A DNA stretch of 42,138 bases, taken from a virus. A model generated the notes under the pieces. That model did no database searches and was not told the DNA's origin. It saw only the letters and a program-made list of their open reading frames with translations. Of this stretch, positions 28,229-36,245 are shown in pieces. A program made the translations under genes and the position numbers. The stretch lies in the IMG/VR virus record IMGVR_UViG_3300013193_000001; one strand, given 5' to 3'. Every line of letters starts with the position of its first letter. Within the stretch, counting starts at the first letter, position 1.

Positions 28229-28555
28229 ATGGCCTTACAGCTAGTGAGCCGCCGCTCCTACACAATTACCGCCAATGCAGGAAAATCGGGCCAGTGGCTA
28301 GAAAACCATGTATATGGAACCCACTATCTTGAGGGGCTATATCTCATGGTGCTAGAGGGCATGGGGACTAACCCGCCCAAACTGAACATTCGCGGTGGTG
28401 AATACGGCCAATACGGCGAACAAATCCCCGCCCCAGCAACCCCCTATATCCGCCACGTCAACATCACCCCAGACTCCCAAATCATCCTCGTAGGCTCCGG
28501 CGAGGGCGACGGGAAAACCAGAGTCACATTCATCAAACTAGGAGAAGTCAAATGA
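28229..28555 (+). CDS. hypothetical protein (paralog family member 3)
   Basis: Starts MALQLVSRRSYTITANAGKSGQWLENHVYG. The protein-like part of the 27929..28555 ORF begins at this ATG; its upstream portion is R/P/G-rich out-of-frame overlap. Confidence 0.5.
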   Translation: MALQLVSRRSYTITANAGKSGQWLENHVYGTHYLEGLYLMVLEGMGTNPPKLNIRGGEYGQYGEQIPAPATPYIRHVNITPDSQIILVGSGEGDGKTRVTFIKLGEVK

Positions 28556-29190
28556 CCGTAGCTGAGCTACAAGACCAGATTAAGAAACTAGACGACACAG
28601 AATTTCAGCAGCTACTCGCGTGGGTAGTCACCCCAGAACGCGAACGCCGCCAAGCCGAGGAGGCGGTAGAGACGGCCCGTGCTGAGGATGCCCAGGAACT
28701 CTGGGAAACCCACCCCGAGCTGAAACCTGAGTTCGCTACTGAGGTAGAACCGGAGACCAGCATCGACCAGCTTGTTGCGAAGGTGGCCGCGTGGTCTAAG
28801 CCCACCAGTAGGGCCACCGCCTACCCGCCAGCAGCGCTCGTCTCTCACGAGGGGAAGCTGTGGAGAAACCGCCGTTTGGGTCAGAATGCGAAAACCCCAG
28901 GCGAGATCTTCTCCGTCTGGGAGGATGTGACGCGTGACTTCCTTCGTGATGAGCCGATTAATACGGAGGGTGAGGATGCCCCCGGGCTGATTACCGAGCC
29001 AGCTGAGCCGGACACCCCAGACGAGCCGGTGGAGCCAGCCCCCACAGTCCCGGAATGGAGGGAAGGCGAACGCATCACCAAAGGCACCACACGCCTCTAC
29101 AACGGCGACCTCTACGTCTCCCAGCGGCTTCACACCACACGCGATGACCGGAGGCCGGACACCGCGACCGACTACTGGACAAAGCTCTAA
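28552..29190 (+). CDS. hypothetical protein with two CBM5/12-like carbohydrate-binding repeats
   Basis: Two roughly 45-aa repeats, AAWSKPTSRATAYPPAALVSHEGKLWRNRR...TPGE and PEWREGERITKGTTRLYNGDLYVSQRLHTT...DYW, match the W...Y..G..V...G..Y...W chitin-binding-type pattern. Pro/Glu-rich linkers. Confidence 0.45.
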   Translation: MTVAELQDQIKKLDDTEFQQLLAWVVTPERERRQAEEAVETARAEDAQELWETHPELKPEFATEVEPETSIDQLVAKVAAWSKPTSRATAYPPAALVSHEGKLWRNRRLGQNAKTPGEIFSVWEDVTRDFLRDEPINTEGEDAPGLITEPAEPDTPDEPVEPAPTVPEWREGERITKGTTRLYNGDLYVSQRLHTTRDDRRPDTATDYWTKL

Positions 29191-29326
29191 CCACACGCCC
29201 CCCGCTGACCGCCAAGGCCACGGGGGTTAAACCGCAGGTCATATGGTAAAATGAACCCATAAGAACGGCCCCTGAAAGTGCGCCAACACTCACAAGGGCC
29301 TAACCACACACCTAGACGAGTAGGAG

Positions 29327-29974
29327 GTGGCTAGGGTGAAGTCTACCCAAGCCGAACAATGGCGACCAATCCCGGGATACGAGGGACACTACGAGGTATC
29401 AGACCACGGGCGCGTACGGAGCGTTGACCGAAAGGTTCCTCACGCCGCAAGTGGGCATTTGACCCTAAAGGGAAGAATGCTTAAACCAGCGAAAGGGAAG
29501 CGTGGGTACTTTCACGTTAACCTCACAAAAGGGCGACGAGGAAAAACTTTTACCGTTCACCGTTTAGTGGCTTTAGCTTTTATTGGCGAACCTCCATTTG
29601 CGGGCGCTGATTGCTGTCATTGGGACGATGATAAGGAAAACAATCACGTCTCAAATCTTCGGTGGGGAACTAGAAGCGACAATGTTCAGGACTCTATCCG
29701 AAACGGAACCAATGAACGCTTAAATCGAACTCACTGCGTGAATGGGCATGAGTTCAATGAGGAAAACACTCGTTACACCAAACAAGGGCGAGTATGTATC
29801 CCTTGTAGCCGAAAGCGGGGGCGTGAGTACGCGGCCAAAAATCGTAAACGAGGAAAAGGCTCCCGACTCCGTGATACATGCATCCACGGGCACAAGATGG
29901 AAGGCGACAACGTGAGCTACACAAAAACAGGACGCAGGCGCTGCAATATCTGCGCCACTAATAAGAAGAAATAG
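29327..29974 (+). CDS. free-standing NUMOD4/HNH_3 homing endonuclease
   Basis: WRPIPGYEGHYEVSDHGRVRS (NUMOD4), HRLVALAF...HWDDDKENNHVSNLRWGTRSDN (HNH_3), and C-terminal Cys/His zinc-finger pairs. AT-richer codons than the neighbours. GTG start at 29327 or 29336. Confidence 0.75.
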   Translation: MARVKSTQAEQWRPIPGYEGHYEVSDHGRVRSVDRKVPHAASGHLTLKGRMLKPAKGKRGYFHVNLTKGRRGKTFTVHRLVALAFIGEPPFAGADCCHWDDDKENNHVSNLRWGTRSDNVQDSIRNGTNERLNRTHCVNGHEFNEENTRYTKQGRVCIPCSRKRGREYAAKNRKRGKGSRLRDTCIHGHKMEGDNVSYTKTGRRRCNICATNKKK

Positions 29975-29983
29975 ATTAACTGA

Positions 29984-30008
29984 CCGCCGCCTTCGGGCGG
30001 CTTTTCTT
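29984..30008 (+). terminator. rho-independent terminator
   Basis: GCCGCC, TTCG loop, GGCGGC, then TTTTCTT. Confidence 0.7.
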
Positions 30009-30028
30009 ATATCTACAGGAGGGCAAAA

Positions 30029-30850
30029 ATGGATTGGATGAACGTAGAGCCGGACGTGTACCGGCTCATCAATAAGCATTACACACCGGGCCGTGGTGGG
30101 CAGCGGATTAAGTACATTGTGCGCCACCACAACGCCGGTATTTTGACTATTGACGGGTGCTGGCAGGTATGGCAGACACGGGAAGCTAGTGCCCACTATC
30201 AGGTGGAAAATTCAGGGCGCATCGGCCAGCTCGTCAACGACTCCGATACCGCGTGGCACGCCGCGAACCAGCTCCGCAACCAGCAGTCAATCGGCATTGA
30301 GCACGCCAACAGCGGCGGAGCCGACCAAGACTGGCCCATCTCGGACACCGTCATTAAACAGGGCGCACGCCTCGCAGCATCCCTGTGCCGCTACTACAAC
30401 CTAGGCCGTCCCGAATACGGAAAGAACATCCGCGACCACAAAGAAACCGGCCAAACTGGCTGCCCCTACCACCTCGCCTACGGCGGCAAATACCACCAAG
30501 CATGGATGAATGAAGCGCAGCGATTCTACGACGAGCTCACCCACGGCGGAGGGCAAAAGACCTCCACGGCTAAGCCGGTGAAGAAAGAAAGCAAGGGGAT
30601 AACAATGAATGCGGTTGACCAGGTTAACGCCCACACCAGGGCATTCATCACGGGGTATCTGTCTCCCCAGATTGATGCCTTGCAGGACGTATGGACGCAG
30701 CTACGAGGCCCTGGCGGTAAGGGATGGCCCCAGCTAGGTGTTAATGACAAGGGGCAGAATTTAACCCCCGTTGATGCACTTGCCGCAATCCGCCAGCAGC
30801 TCGCGCAGATTCAAGCAGACCTAGACGAATTGAAGCGGAGGAAGAAATAA
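30029..30850 (+). CDS. endolysin, N-acetylmuramoyl-L-alanine amidase (Amidase_2/PGRP) with C-terminal non-catalytic domain
   Basis: IKYIVRHHNAG...SAHYQVENSGRIGQLVNDSDTAWHAANQ...SIGIEHANSG matches the Amidase_2 signature. AGGAGGG RBS. Confidence 0.8.
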   Translation: MDWMNVEPDVYRLINKHYTPGRGGQRIKYIVRHHNAGILTIDGCWQVWQTREASAHYQVENSGRIGQLVNDSDTAWHAANQLRNQQSIGIEHANSGGADQDWPISDTVIKQGARLAASLCRYYNLGRPEYGKNIRDHKETGQTGCPYHLAYGGKYHQAWMNEAQRFYDELTHGGGQKTSTAKPVKKESKGITMNAVDQVNAHTRAFITGYLSPQIDALQDVWTQLRGPGGKGWPQLGVNDKGQNLTPVDALAAIRQQLAQIQADLDELKRRKK

Positions 30851-31215
30851 TGGCAAAGCACTACAATCAAGCGGTTCTTAACTCCGTGTCTGAACACGTG
30901 GCCGAAGCCGTCGCGGTTGAGCTACAGGAGCAGCCGTGGTGGCTGCGGTACAAGGGAACTATCATGCTGGTGTTGCAGGCCGTGGCGTGGGTTGCTGGCG
31001 TGCTGCCGGTCTACCTTGCCGACGCGCCAGAATGGACGGCACTTCTCGTTGGCGGTATCGGTTTCTTCGTCACCACCCTCACCAACCGCCTCACCGTCGA
31101 TGGTGTCACCCCAAGCATGGCACCACGCCTAGCAGACCAGGCGGAGCGCCGCGAAGCAGCAGAAACCCCCAACGCCCTGCCGGTCTACACCGGCCCCACC
31201 ACAGCAGGGGAGTAG
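30850..31215 (+). CDS. holin
   Basis: 121 aa with two predicted TM helices (IMLVLQAVAWVAGVLPVYL, ALLVGGIGFFVTTL) and a charged C-terminus. TAATG coupling to the endolysin gene. Confidence 0.65.
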   Translation: MAKHYNQAVLNSVSEHVAEAVAVELQEQPWWLRYKGTIMLVLQAVAWVAGVLPVYLADAPEWTALLVGGIGFFVTTLTNRLTVDGVTPSMAPRLADQAERREAAETPNALPVYTGPTTAGE

Positions 31216-31217
31216 TC

Positions 31218-31646
31218 GTGAGATGGGAAGATTTTAAACTACGCGCCGCCAGGTGGCTCGTATCCGACGCAGCAGGACTGTTGATTCTGGGCAGTATCTC
31301 CATCGCTCGCGGACTGTCCTACACGCCGCTGCTGGTGAACCCGGAGCGGAAGCCGACGCACTTTATGGAGAGCGTGCTTAACCCGCCGTCGTGGGCTGTG
31401 GTGTGGCTTCTCATGGGTGCGCTGTGCCTGTGCGCGGTTAAGTGGCCGAGGTTGGTGCCCGCCGCCGTGGGGGCGGTTGTGGGTCTGCATTCCATGTGGG
31501 CGTTGAGTTTCATTTTCGCCACCATCTTTGGTGACCTCCCCCGCGCTTGGGTGTCCTCCCTCGGCTATATCGGCATCGCCGCCATGACCCTCTACGCGTA
31601 TGGGCGCGGCCAAAGCAATGAGATGAAGCTGGTCGATGGGAGGTGA
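31218..31646 (+). CDS. 4-TM membrane protein (lysis-associated or second holin-like)
   Basis: GTG start with an AGGGGAG RBS; four hydrophobic segments. Confidence 0.55.
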   Translation: MRWEDFKLRAARWLVSDAAGLLILGSISIARGLSYTPLLVNPERKPTHFMESVLNPPSWAVVWLLMGALCLCAVKWPRLVPAAVGAVVGLHSMWALSFIFATIFGDLPRAWVSSLGYIGIAAMTLYAYGRGQSNEMKLVDGR

Positions 31647-32008
31647 CGGGCATGCCCGTAGACGGGCCGCTGGCAACCATCATCGTCGGTGTGATTGGCG
31701 TGCTCGGCACCCTCATAGGTACTCACCTGACGGAGAAAAGCCAGAAGAGAAAGACGGAAATCGAGGCCCGAGGGCCCGAGTGGGAATCGTTTACTAAAAG
31801 CATTCGTGAGTGGACGAATGAGCAGCTGGAAGCCCGCGACAAATCGATTGCGGAGATGCGGGGCGAAATTGCGGAGCTACGCGACAAGCTGGAGGTCTGG
31901 AAAAGCCGGTATTTTATAGCGGTGAATCATATTAGGCAGTGGCGACTGAAGCACCCGGAGAGCGTGGCTGATATGCCTATTCCTGACGAGCTGGAAAACG
32001 ACTTTTGA
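31643..32008 (+). CDS. N-terminally membrane-anchored coiled-coil protein (lysis accessory/spanin-like)
   Basis: TM IIVGVIGVLGTLIG followed by a coiled coil; GTGA overlap with the upstream gene. Confidence 0.45.
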   Translation: MTGMPVDGPLATIIVGVIGVLGTLIGTHLTEKSQKRKTEIEARGPEWESFTKSIREWTNEQLEARDKSIAEMRGEIAELRDKLEVWKSRYFIAVNHIRQWRLKHPESVADMPIPDELENDF

Positions 32009-32034
32009 AAGTCTTTGAAGTTTAGGAAGTTTGA

Positions 32035-32074
32035 CCCTCACCCCTCGTGGGTGGGGGTCTTTTTCTGCGTTTTA
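32035..32074. terminator. bidirectional intrinsic terminator between convergent lysis genes and - strand moron
   Basis: CCCTCACCC (32035-32043) pairs with GGGTGGGGG (32049-32057) with one G-U wobble, followed by TCTTTTTCTGCGTTTT. Confidence 0.6.
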
Positions 32075-32079
32075 GGGGT

Positions 32080-32706
<627 letters not shown>

Positions 32707-32734
32707 TGTTGGGGAAATCCCTAAAACGGCCATG

Positions 32735-32940
32735 CAATTCCACGACATCCACGACAGGAAACAGCCTTAAACCACCGGAAACCACCGGATAAGCTGAAAA
32801 GCAGAAACCCCCTCCCACCAGCAAAAACACCGGTAAAAGGGGGTAAGCTAGAAGTGCCCCCAGCAGGATTCGAACCCGCGACACAAACCCCATTTAACCA
32901 GCATAAACACCATACTCAAGCCCCCTTCCACGACAATTCC
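32735..32940. other. attP: tRNA 3'-end-like core flanked by integrase arm-type repeats
   Basis: The - strand reads GCGGGTTCGAATCCTGCTGGGGGCAC (T-stem/loop plus 3' acceptor of a tRNA) at 32855-32882. TCCACGACA occurs at 32739, 32748 (tandem) and 32927. Tandem AACCACCGGA lies at about 32770-32789. Inverted repeat ACCCCCT/AGGGGGT. Adjacent to the 3' end of int. Confidence 0.65.
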
Positions 32941-34016
32941 ACTGCTTTCGAAAAACTTTCATCCATCCGGCCAGCCACCACATCCAAATCCTCCTCCCAT
33001 AAATCTGCATACGTATCTAACGTCATCGCCGCCGAAGCATGGCCGAGCTGCCGTTGCACGATTTTTGGATGCGCACCCGACGAAATCATCAACCCCGCCG
33101 CCACGTGCCTTAATCCGTGCGGGGTGACACGCGGAAATTCCGGGTCCTTCTCCATGCACCGCTTCAGCGCACCATAGAACCACGTATGGTTCGACGGCAC
33201 CCGCAACGGGGACCCATCCGCCCTGCACCACACCCAAGCATCCTGAGCTTTGCCATCCATTAGCGGTACCAGCATGTCCATCACGAACCGAGGGACAGCT
33301 ACCACCCGAGTCTCATGTGTCTTCGGAGTGCCTATCTTCACCTCGTACCCCACGGTTACAGCATTCCTACGCACAGCAATCCGCCGCCGTAAAACATCCA
33401 CATCCTGAACCTTCAGGCCGGCTAACTCACCCCACCTAAGACCCACGGTGCCTAGCAGCCACACGATAGGCGCATTATCCCCACACTCGTCGGCAAATGC
33501 GGAAAGCTGCTCCCAACTGAGATACACCTTCCTGGCCTTCGCCTTCCTCGGGAGGGTTGCTCCCTTCGCTACGTTGGTTTTAACAAGCCCGTCACGTACT
33601 GCCATGTCTAGGATTTGGGATAGCATCGCGTGATTCTTTCTCACGATGGATGCGGACCGGTTTGTGTTTGATAGCCAGTGCTGTACCTCGGAGGCCCGCA
33701 CTGCCTTGATAGGCGTGTTCCCCCAGCGTGGTTTTACGTGGATTCGCCAGGTCTGCTCTGTGGTCCGCAGGGTGGATGGTTTCAAATGGGTTTGCATTTC
33801 TAGCCACCGTGCCCCTAATTCCCCGACGGTTATTTTGCCGGCGTTGGGGTCTATCCAGTCTCCGGTGCGGATGGTGGTGGCGTTTTTGTCCGCCCATGCT
33901 TGTGCTTCGTTTTTGGTGCGGAATCCTTGTTTTGTGCGGTTTTTACCGTCGGGGCTGCGGTACTGCACGCGCCACGCCCGCCCTTTTGCTGTCTTGTACG
34001 GCTTGATGGATGCCAT
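32916..34016 (-). CDS. int: tyrosine integrase
   Basis: C-terminal HGLRHVAAGLMISSGAHPKIVQRQLGHASAAMTLDTYADLW (R..H..R...Y catalytic box). N-terminal arm-binding MASIKPYKTAKGRAWRVQY. The ATG at 34016 has a GGAAGGA RBS (the ORF extends to 34229 without an RBS). Confidence 0.85.
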   Translation of the reverse strand: MASIKPYKTAKGRAWRVQYRSPDGKNRTKQGFRTKNEAQAWADKNATTIRTGDWIDPNAGKITVGELGARWLEMQTHLKPSTLRTTEQTWRIHVKPRWGNTPIKAVRASEVQHWLSNTNRSASIVRKNHAMLSQILDMAVRDGLVKTNVAKGATLPRKAKARKVYLSWEQLSAFADECGDNAPIVWLLGTVGLRWGELAGLKVQDVDVLRRRIAVRRNAVTVGYEVKIGTPKTHETRVVAVPRFVMDMLVPLMDGKAQDAWVWCRADGSPLRVPSNHTWFYGALKRCMEKDPEFPRVTPHGLRHVAAGLMISSGAHPKIVQRQLGHASAAMTLDTYADLWEEDLDVVAGRMDESFSKAVELSWKGA

Positions 34017-34148
34017 AAGATATACGTGTCCTTCCCAATTGGTGGTTGGATAATCCCCGCCCTTGGTGCTGTACTTCCACATGACAAGCGCCAAGGGCGG
34101 TCTTGTTTTATACTGCTGGTGGCCCACATCCCCCCCGTGGGCCCATAG

Positions 34149-34197
34149 GGTGGCCCCGTGTCCGAGCACAGCTCCACGGGGCCACCCCCAGTTTTTA
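34149..34197. terminator. GC-rich hairpin downstream of immunity operon
   Basis: Perfect 12-bp inverted repeat GGTGGCCCCGTG (34149-34160) / CACGGGGCCACC (34175-34186). TTTTT follows on the + strand. On the - strand it follows the stop of the SHOCT gene. Confidence 0.5.
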
Positions 34198-34965
34198 CAG
34201 TCCGAGCGCTTTGGCTTTAGCCGCTGCAAATTCTTCGTCAGTCAGCACACCGGCAGCGTGCAAGTCGGCGAGCTTCTGCAAATCGTCTAAACTACCGCTG
34301 GACTCAGGTGCAGAGGACGGCGCAGAAACCTGCTCGAGTGCACGACGCGCTGCGGACACAACTGCCTTCGCCTCATCGGTCGCCACTTTCTCCACCTCAA
34401 TCTCATCATTCGAGGTAGAGATGCGGATAGACCCCAACGCCCACCCAGTTTTCTCCGAGATAGAGGAAACTTTATCCAGCGCAATAGTCTTCGATGCCCC
34501 TTGAAAACCGATCACATCGTTAGAGACGACCAAAATGCGCTTTTCGGTAACAGTAAGGACTGTGATCTTCCCATCGTAATGCCCTTGGGCAGCAACCACG
34601 ATTCGTTCAGTGGGTTCTAACGCATCCAGCACCTGGTCCTTTAGCAGGTGGCCTTTTGCTACCGACTTTATTCCGTGGGTACGCGCTGCCTCTGCCCATC
34701 CGCGGTCATCAATCATTTCGTCTATAGCCTTCAAAGTCTTATAGACAACTTTGTCGGCCTCTTGGCAGTTGCCAGTTACGGTTAGTTGTCCCCCAGTTAC
34801 CTGAAATGTGGCTTCCTGCTTTTGCCATAAAACTTTCCGACGGGCAGAGACGCTATCTGCTTGTGTATCGAGTTCGTACTTCGGGAACTTGGTTTGCACG
34901 AATTGTGCGATTGCCGAAAGTACATCCTGGTCTGGCGCGATGAGGCGACGGGATATCTGGGTCAT
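34195..34965 (-). CDS. bacterial PH (bPH_2-like) + C-terminal SHOCT domain protein, lysogeny-operon cargo
   Basis: Central ITVLTVTEKRILVVSNDVIGFQ...KTGWALGSIRISTSNDEIEV resembles a bPH fold. C-terminal DDLQKLADLHAAGVLTDEEFAAAKAKALGL matches the SHOCT signature. Its ATG overlaps the ImmA gene stop (TAATG). Confidence 0.6.
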   Translation of the reverse strand: MTQISRRLIAPDQDVLSAIAQFVQTKFPKYELDTQADSVSARRKVLWQKQEATFQVTGGQLTVTGNCQEADKVVYKTLKAIDEMIDDRGWAEAARTHGIKSVAKGHLLKDQVLDALEPTERIVVAAQGHYDGKITVLTVTEKRILVVSNDVIGFQGASKTIALDKVSSISEKTGWALGSIRISTSNDEIEVEKVATDEAKAVVSAARRALEQVSAPSSAPESSGSLDDLQKLADLHAAGVLTDEEFAAAKAKALGL

Positions 34966-35342
34966 TAGGCTGCTGTCCTTTCGTGTAGGGATTGCCAGGT
35001 TTTGAGGACTTTGACCGTGACACCTAGCTCGTGGGCCAGGGTGGCCGGGTGTGGTCCATAGATTGCTTCAGTAGCGGCGTAGTCGTGGAGGTTTATGAGC
35101 AGGCGGGCGGCGAACCGGTCGGCGCGTAGCTCATGGGCGCCGTGGTGGCCGGGCGGGTCACCATAATGCGCGTGACCCAACTCGTGAGCCAGTGAGCACA
35201 AGGTGGTGACATCATCCATGCCTACGCGCAGGCTGATGGTGTTCCGGTGGGGGAGCCATGCTGCTTTCGGCCCGCCACGATGCCACCTCACTCGATACCC
35301 GCGGCGCTGCGCCACATCAATGAGGGCATCAGTGTTAATCAA
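34965..35342 (-). CDS. ImmA/IrrE-family HEXXH metallopeptidase
   Basis: LAHELGHAH (HEXXH) and typical COG2856 context downstream of an HTH regulator. Confidence 0.75.
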   Translation of the reverse strand: MINTDALIDVAQRRGYRVRWHRGGPKAAWLPHRNTISLRVGMDDVTTLCSLAHELGHAHYGDPPGHHGAHELRADRFAARLLINLHDYAATEAIYGPHPATLAHELGVTVKVLKTWQSLHERTAA

Positions 35343-35904
35343 TCAAATCCTCACCTCGCTTTTCACGTTCGGCCTGCTCGTCGGGGCTACTATCCGCCGC
35401 GTGCGGTACGGAATCGTCCCATTCTTGGACCAGGCCATCATCGTCATCATGCAGTGAAGCAGACGGCTCGGACACGGGGGCACCCGCACGACGAGCGGCA
35501 AGGTCATCGCGCTCGAGCAGGGAACGGGCAGCGCCACCGAGCTCTATCTTCTCGACGTTGCTTAAAGTGTCCTCGGCTAGGCGGTAGACCAGTTCTTCGA
35601 TGCTGGCGGTAGCCAGTAACTTCGCATCACCGTCTAGGTAGTTAAAGACTTCATCGCGGGTTAGCTTCTCAAGTTCTACTAGTGCGTCAACTGGGTTGAT
35701 GCTTAGCCCACGAGAGATGGCGATTACGTCTTCCGCTGCCAGGCCGTTCTTTAAGCGGAGGTTCACGGTATTGCGTGACGTTTCGAGGATGTCTGCCATG
35801 TCTTGGGCGGTGACGCGGCGTCCGGCGAGGCTGGCGAAGATATCTTTTACGTCTGCTGGGGTTGTCATAAAAGTGAGCATAGTGCACAAAAAAGTTGTCA
35901 GCAA
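35335..35904 (-). CDS. HTH-domain regulator (putative prophage repressor, ImmR-like partner of ImmA)
   Basis: VTAQDMADILETSRNTVNLRLKNGL is an HTH-like segment with an acidic C-terminal tail. The start is uncertain (TTG 35904, ATG 35880 or ATG 35868); none has a clear RBS, so the transcript may be leaderless. Divergent from the cro-like gene. Confidence 0.55.
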   Translation of the reverse strand: MLTTFLCTMLTFMTTPADVKDIFASLAGRRVTAQDMADILETSRNTVNLRLKNGLAAEDVIAISRGLSINPVDALVELEKLTRDEVFNYLDGDAKLLATASIEELVYRLAEDTLSNVEKIELGGAARSLLERDDLAARRAGAPVSEPSASLHDDDDGLVQEWDDSVPHAADSSPDEQAEREKRGEDLID

Positions 35905-36023
35905 GTGGGGGTAGACCTGCCAAAAGACAAAATGGGTGCACCTTTTTGAATTACAAGCTTGTCAAACGGTTAGCGGGTGACATATTATTTTGTCATACCC
36001 GCTACAAAACAAGGAAAAAGACA
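35905..36023. promoter_or_regulatory. divergent promoter/operator region of the genetic switch
   Basis: AT-rich. Repeated TTGTCA half-sites (about 35895, 35958, 35988). Imperfect palindrome GCGGGTGACAtattattttGTCAtaCCCGC. GTGCAC repeats. Confidence 0.5.
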
Positions 36024-36245
36024 ATGTTTCTTATCAGTTTGGACGAGCTGGACCGGGTTAAGCGTATCAACCGCCTCTACACCGCAGTAGACCTCGCAAA
36101 CCGCACAGGACTATCGCGAAATACCTGGAACGCAGCAATCAAAAACCGCCGACCCACCCCACAAGTATTAAACGCCCTCGCCGAACTGGGAGCCGCACCC
36201 GAACGCGTCCTAGTTAAGCAAGAGCCCGCACAGTTAGCCGCATAA
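36024..36245 (+). CDS. Cro-like HTH regulator
   Basis: 74 aa with LYTAVDLANRTGLSRNTWNAAIKNRR (HTH) and an AAGGAAAAAG RBS. Divergent from the repressor operon. Confidence 0.65.
   Translation: MFLISLDELDRVKRINRLYTAVDLANRTGLSRNTWNAAIKNRRPTPQVLNALAELGAAPERVLVKQEPAQLAA

Noticed and set aside
27929-28555. 208-aa version of the ORF beginning at 27929
   Set aside because: The first 100 aa are an R/G/P-rich out-of-frame overlap of the 27913..28206 gene. Protein-like sequence begins at the ATG at 28229.
32850-32945. A complete tRNA gene on the - strand near int
   Set aside because: Only the T-arm and 3' acceptor are present. The upstream sequence cannot form a complementary 5' acceptor (GGGGGCT versus the required GCCCCCA) or D/anticodon arms. 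It is interpreted as an attP core.
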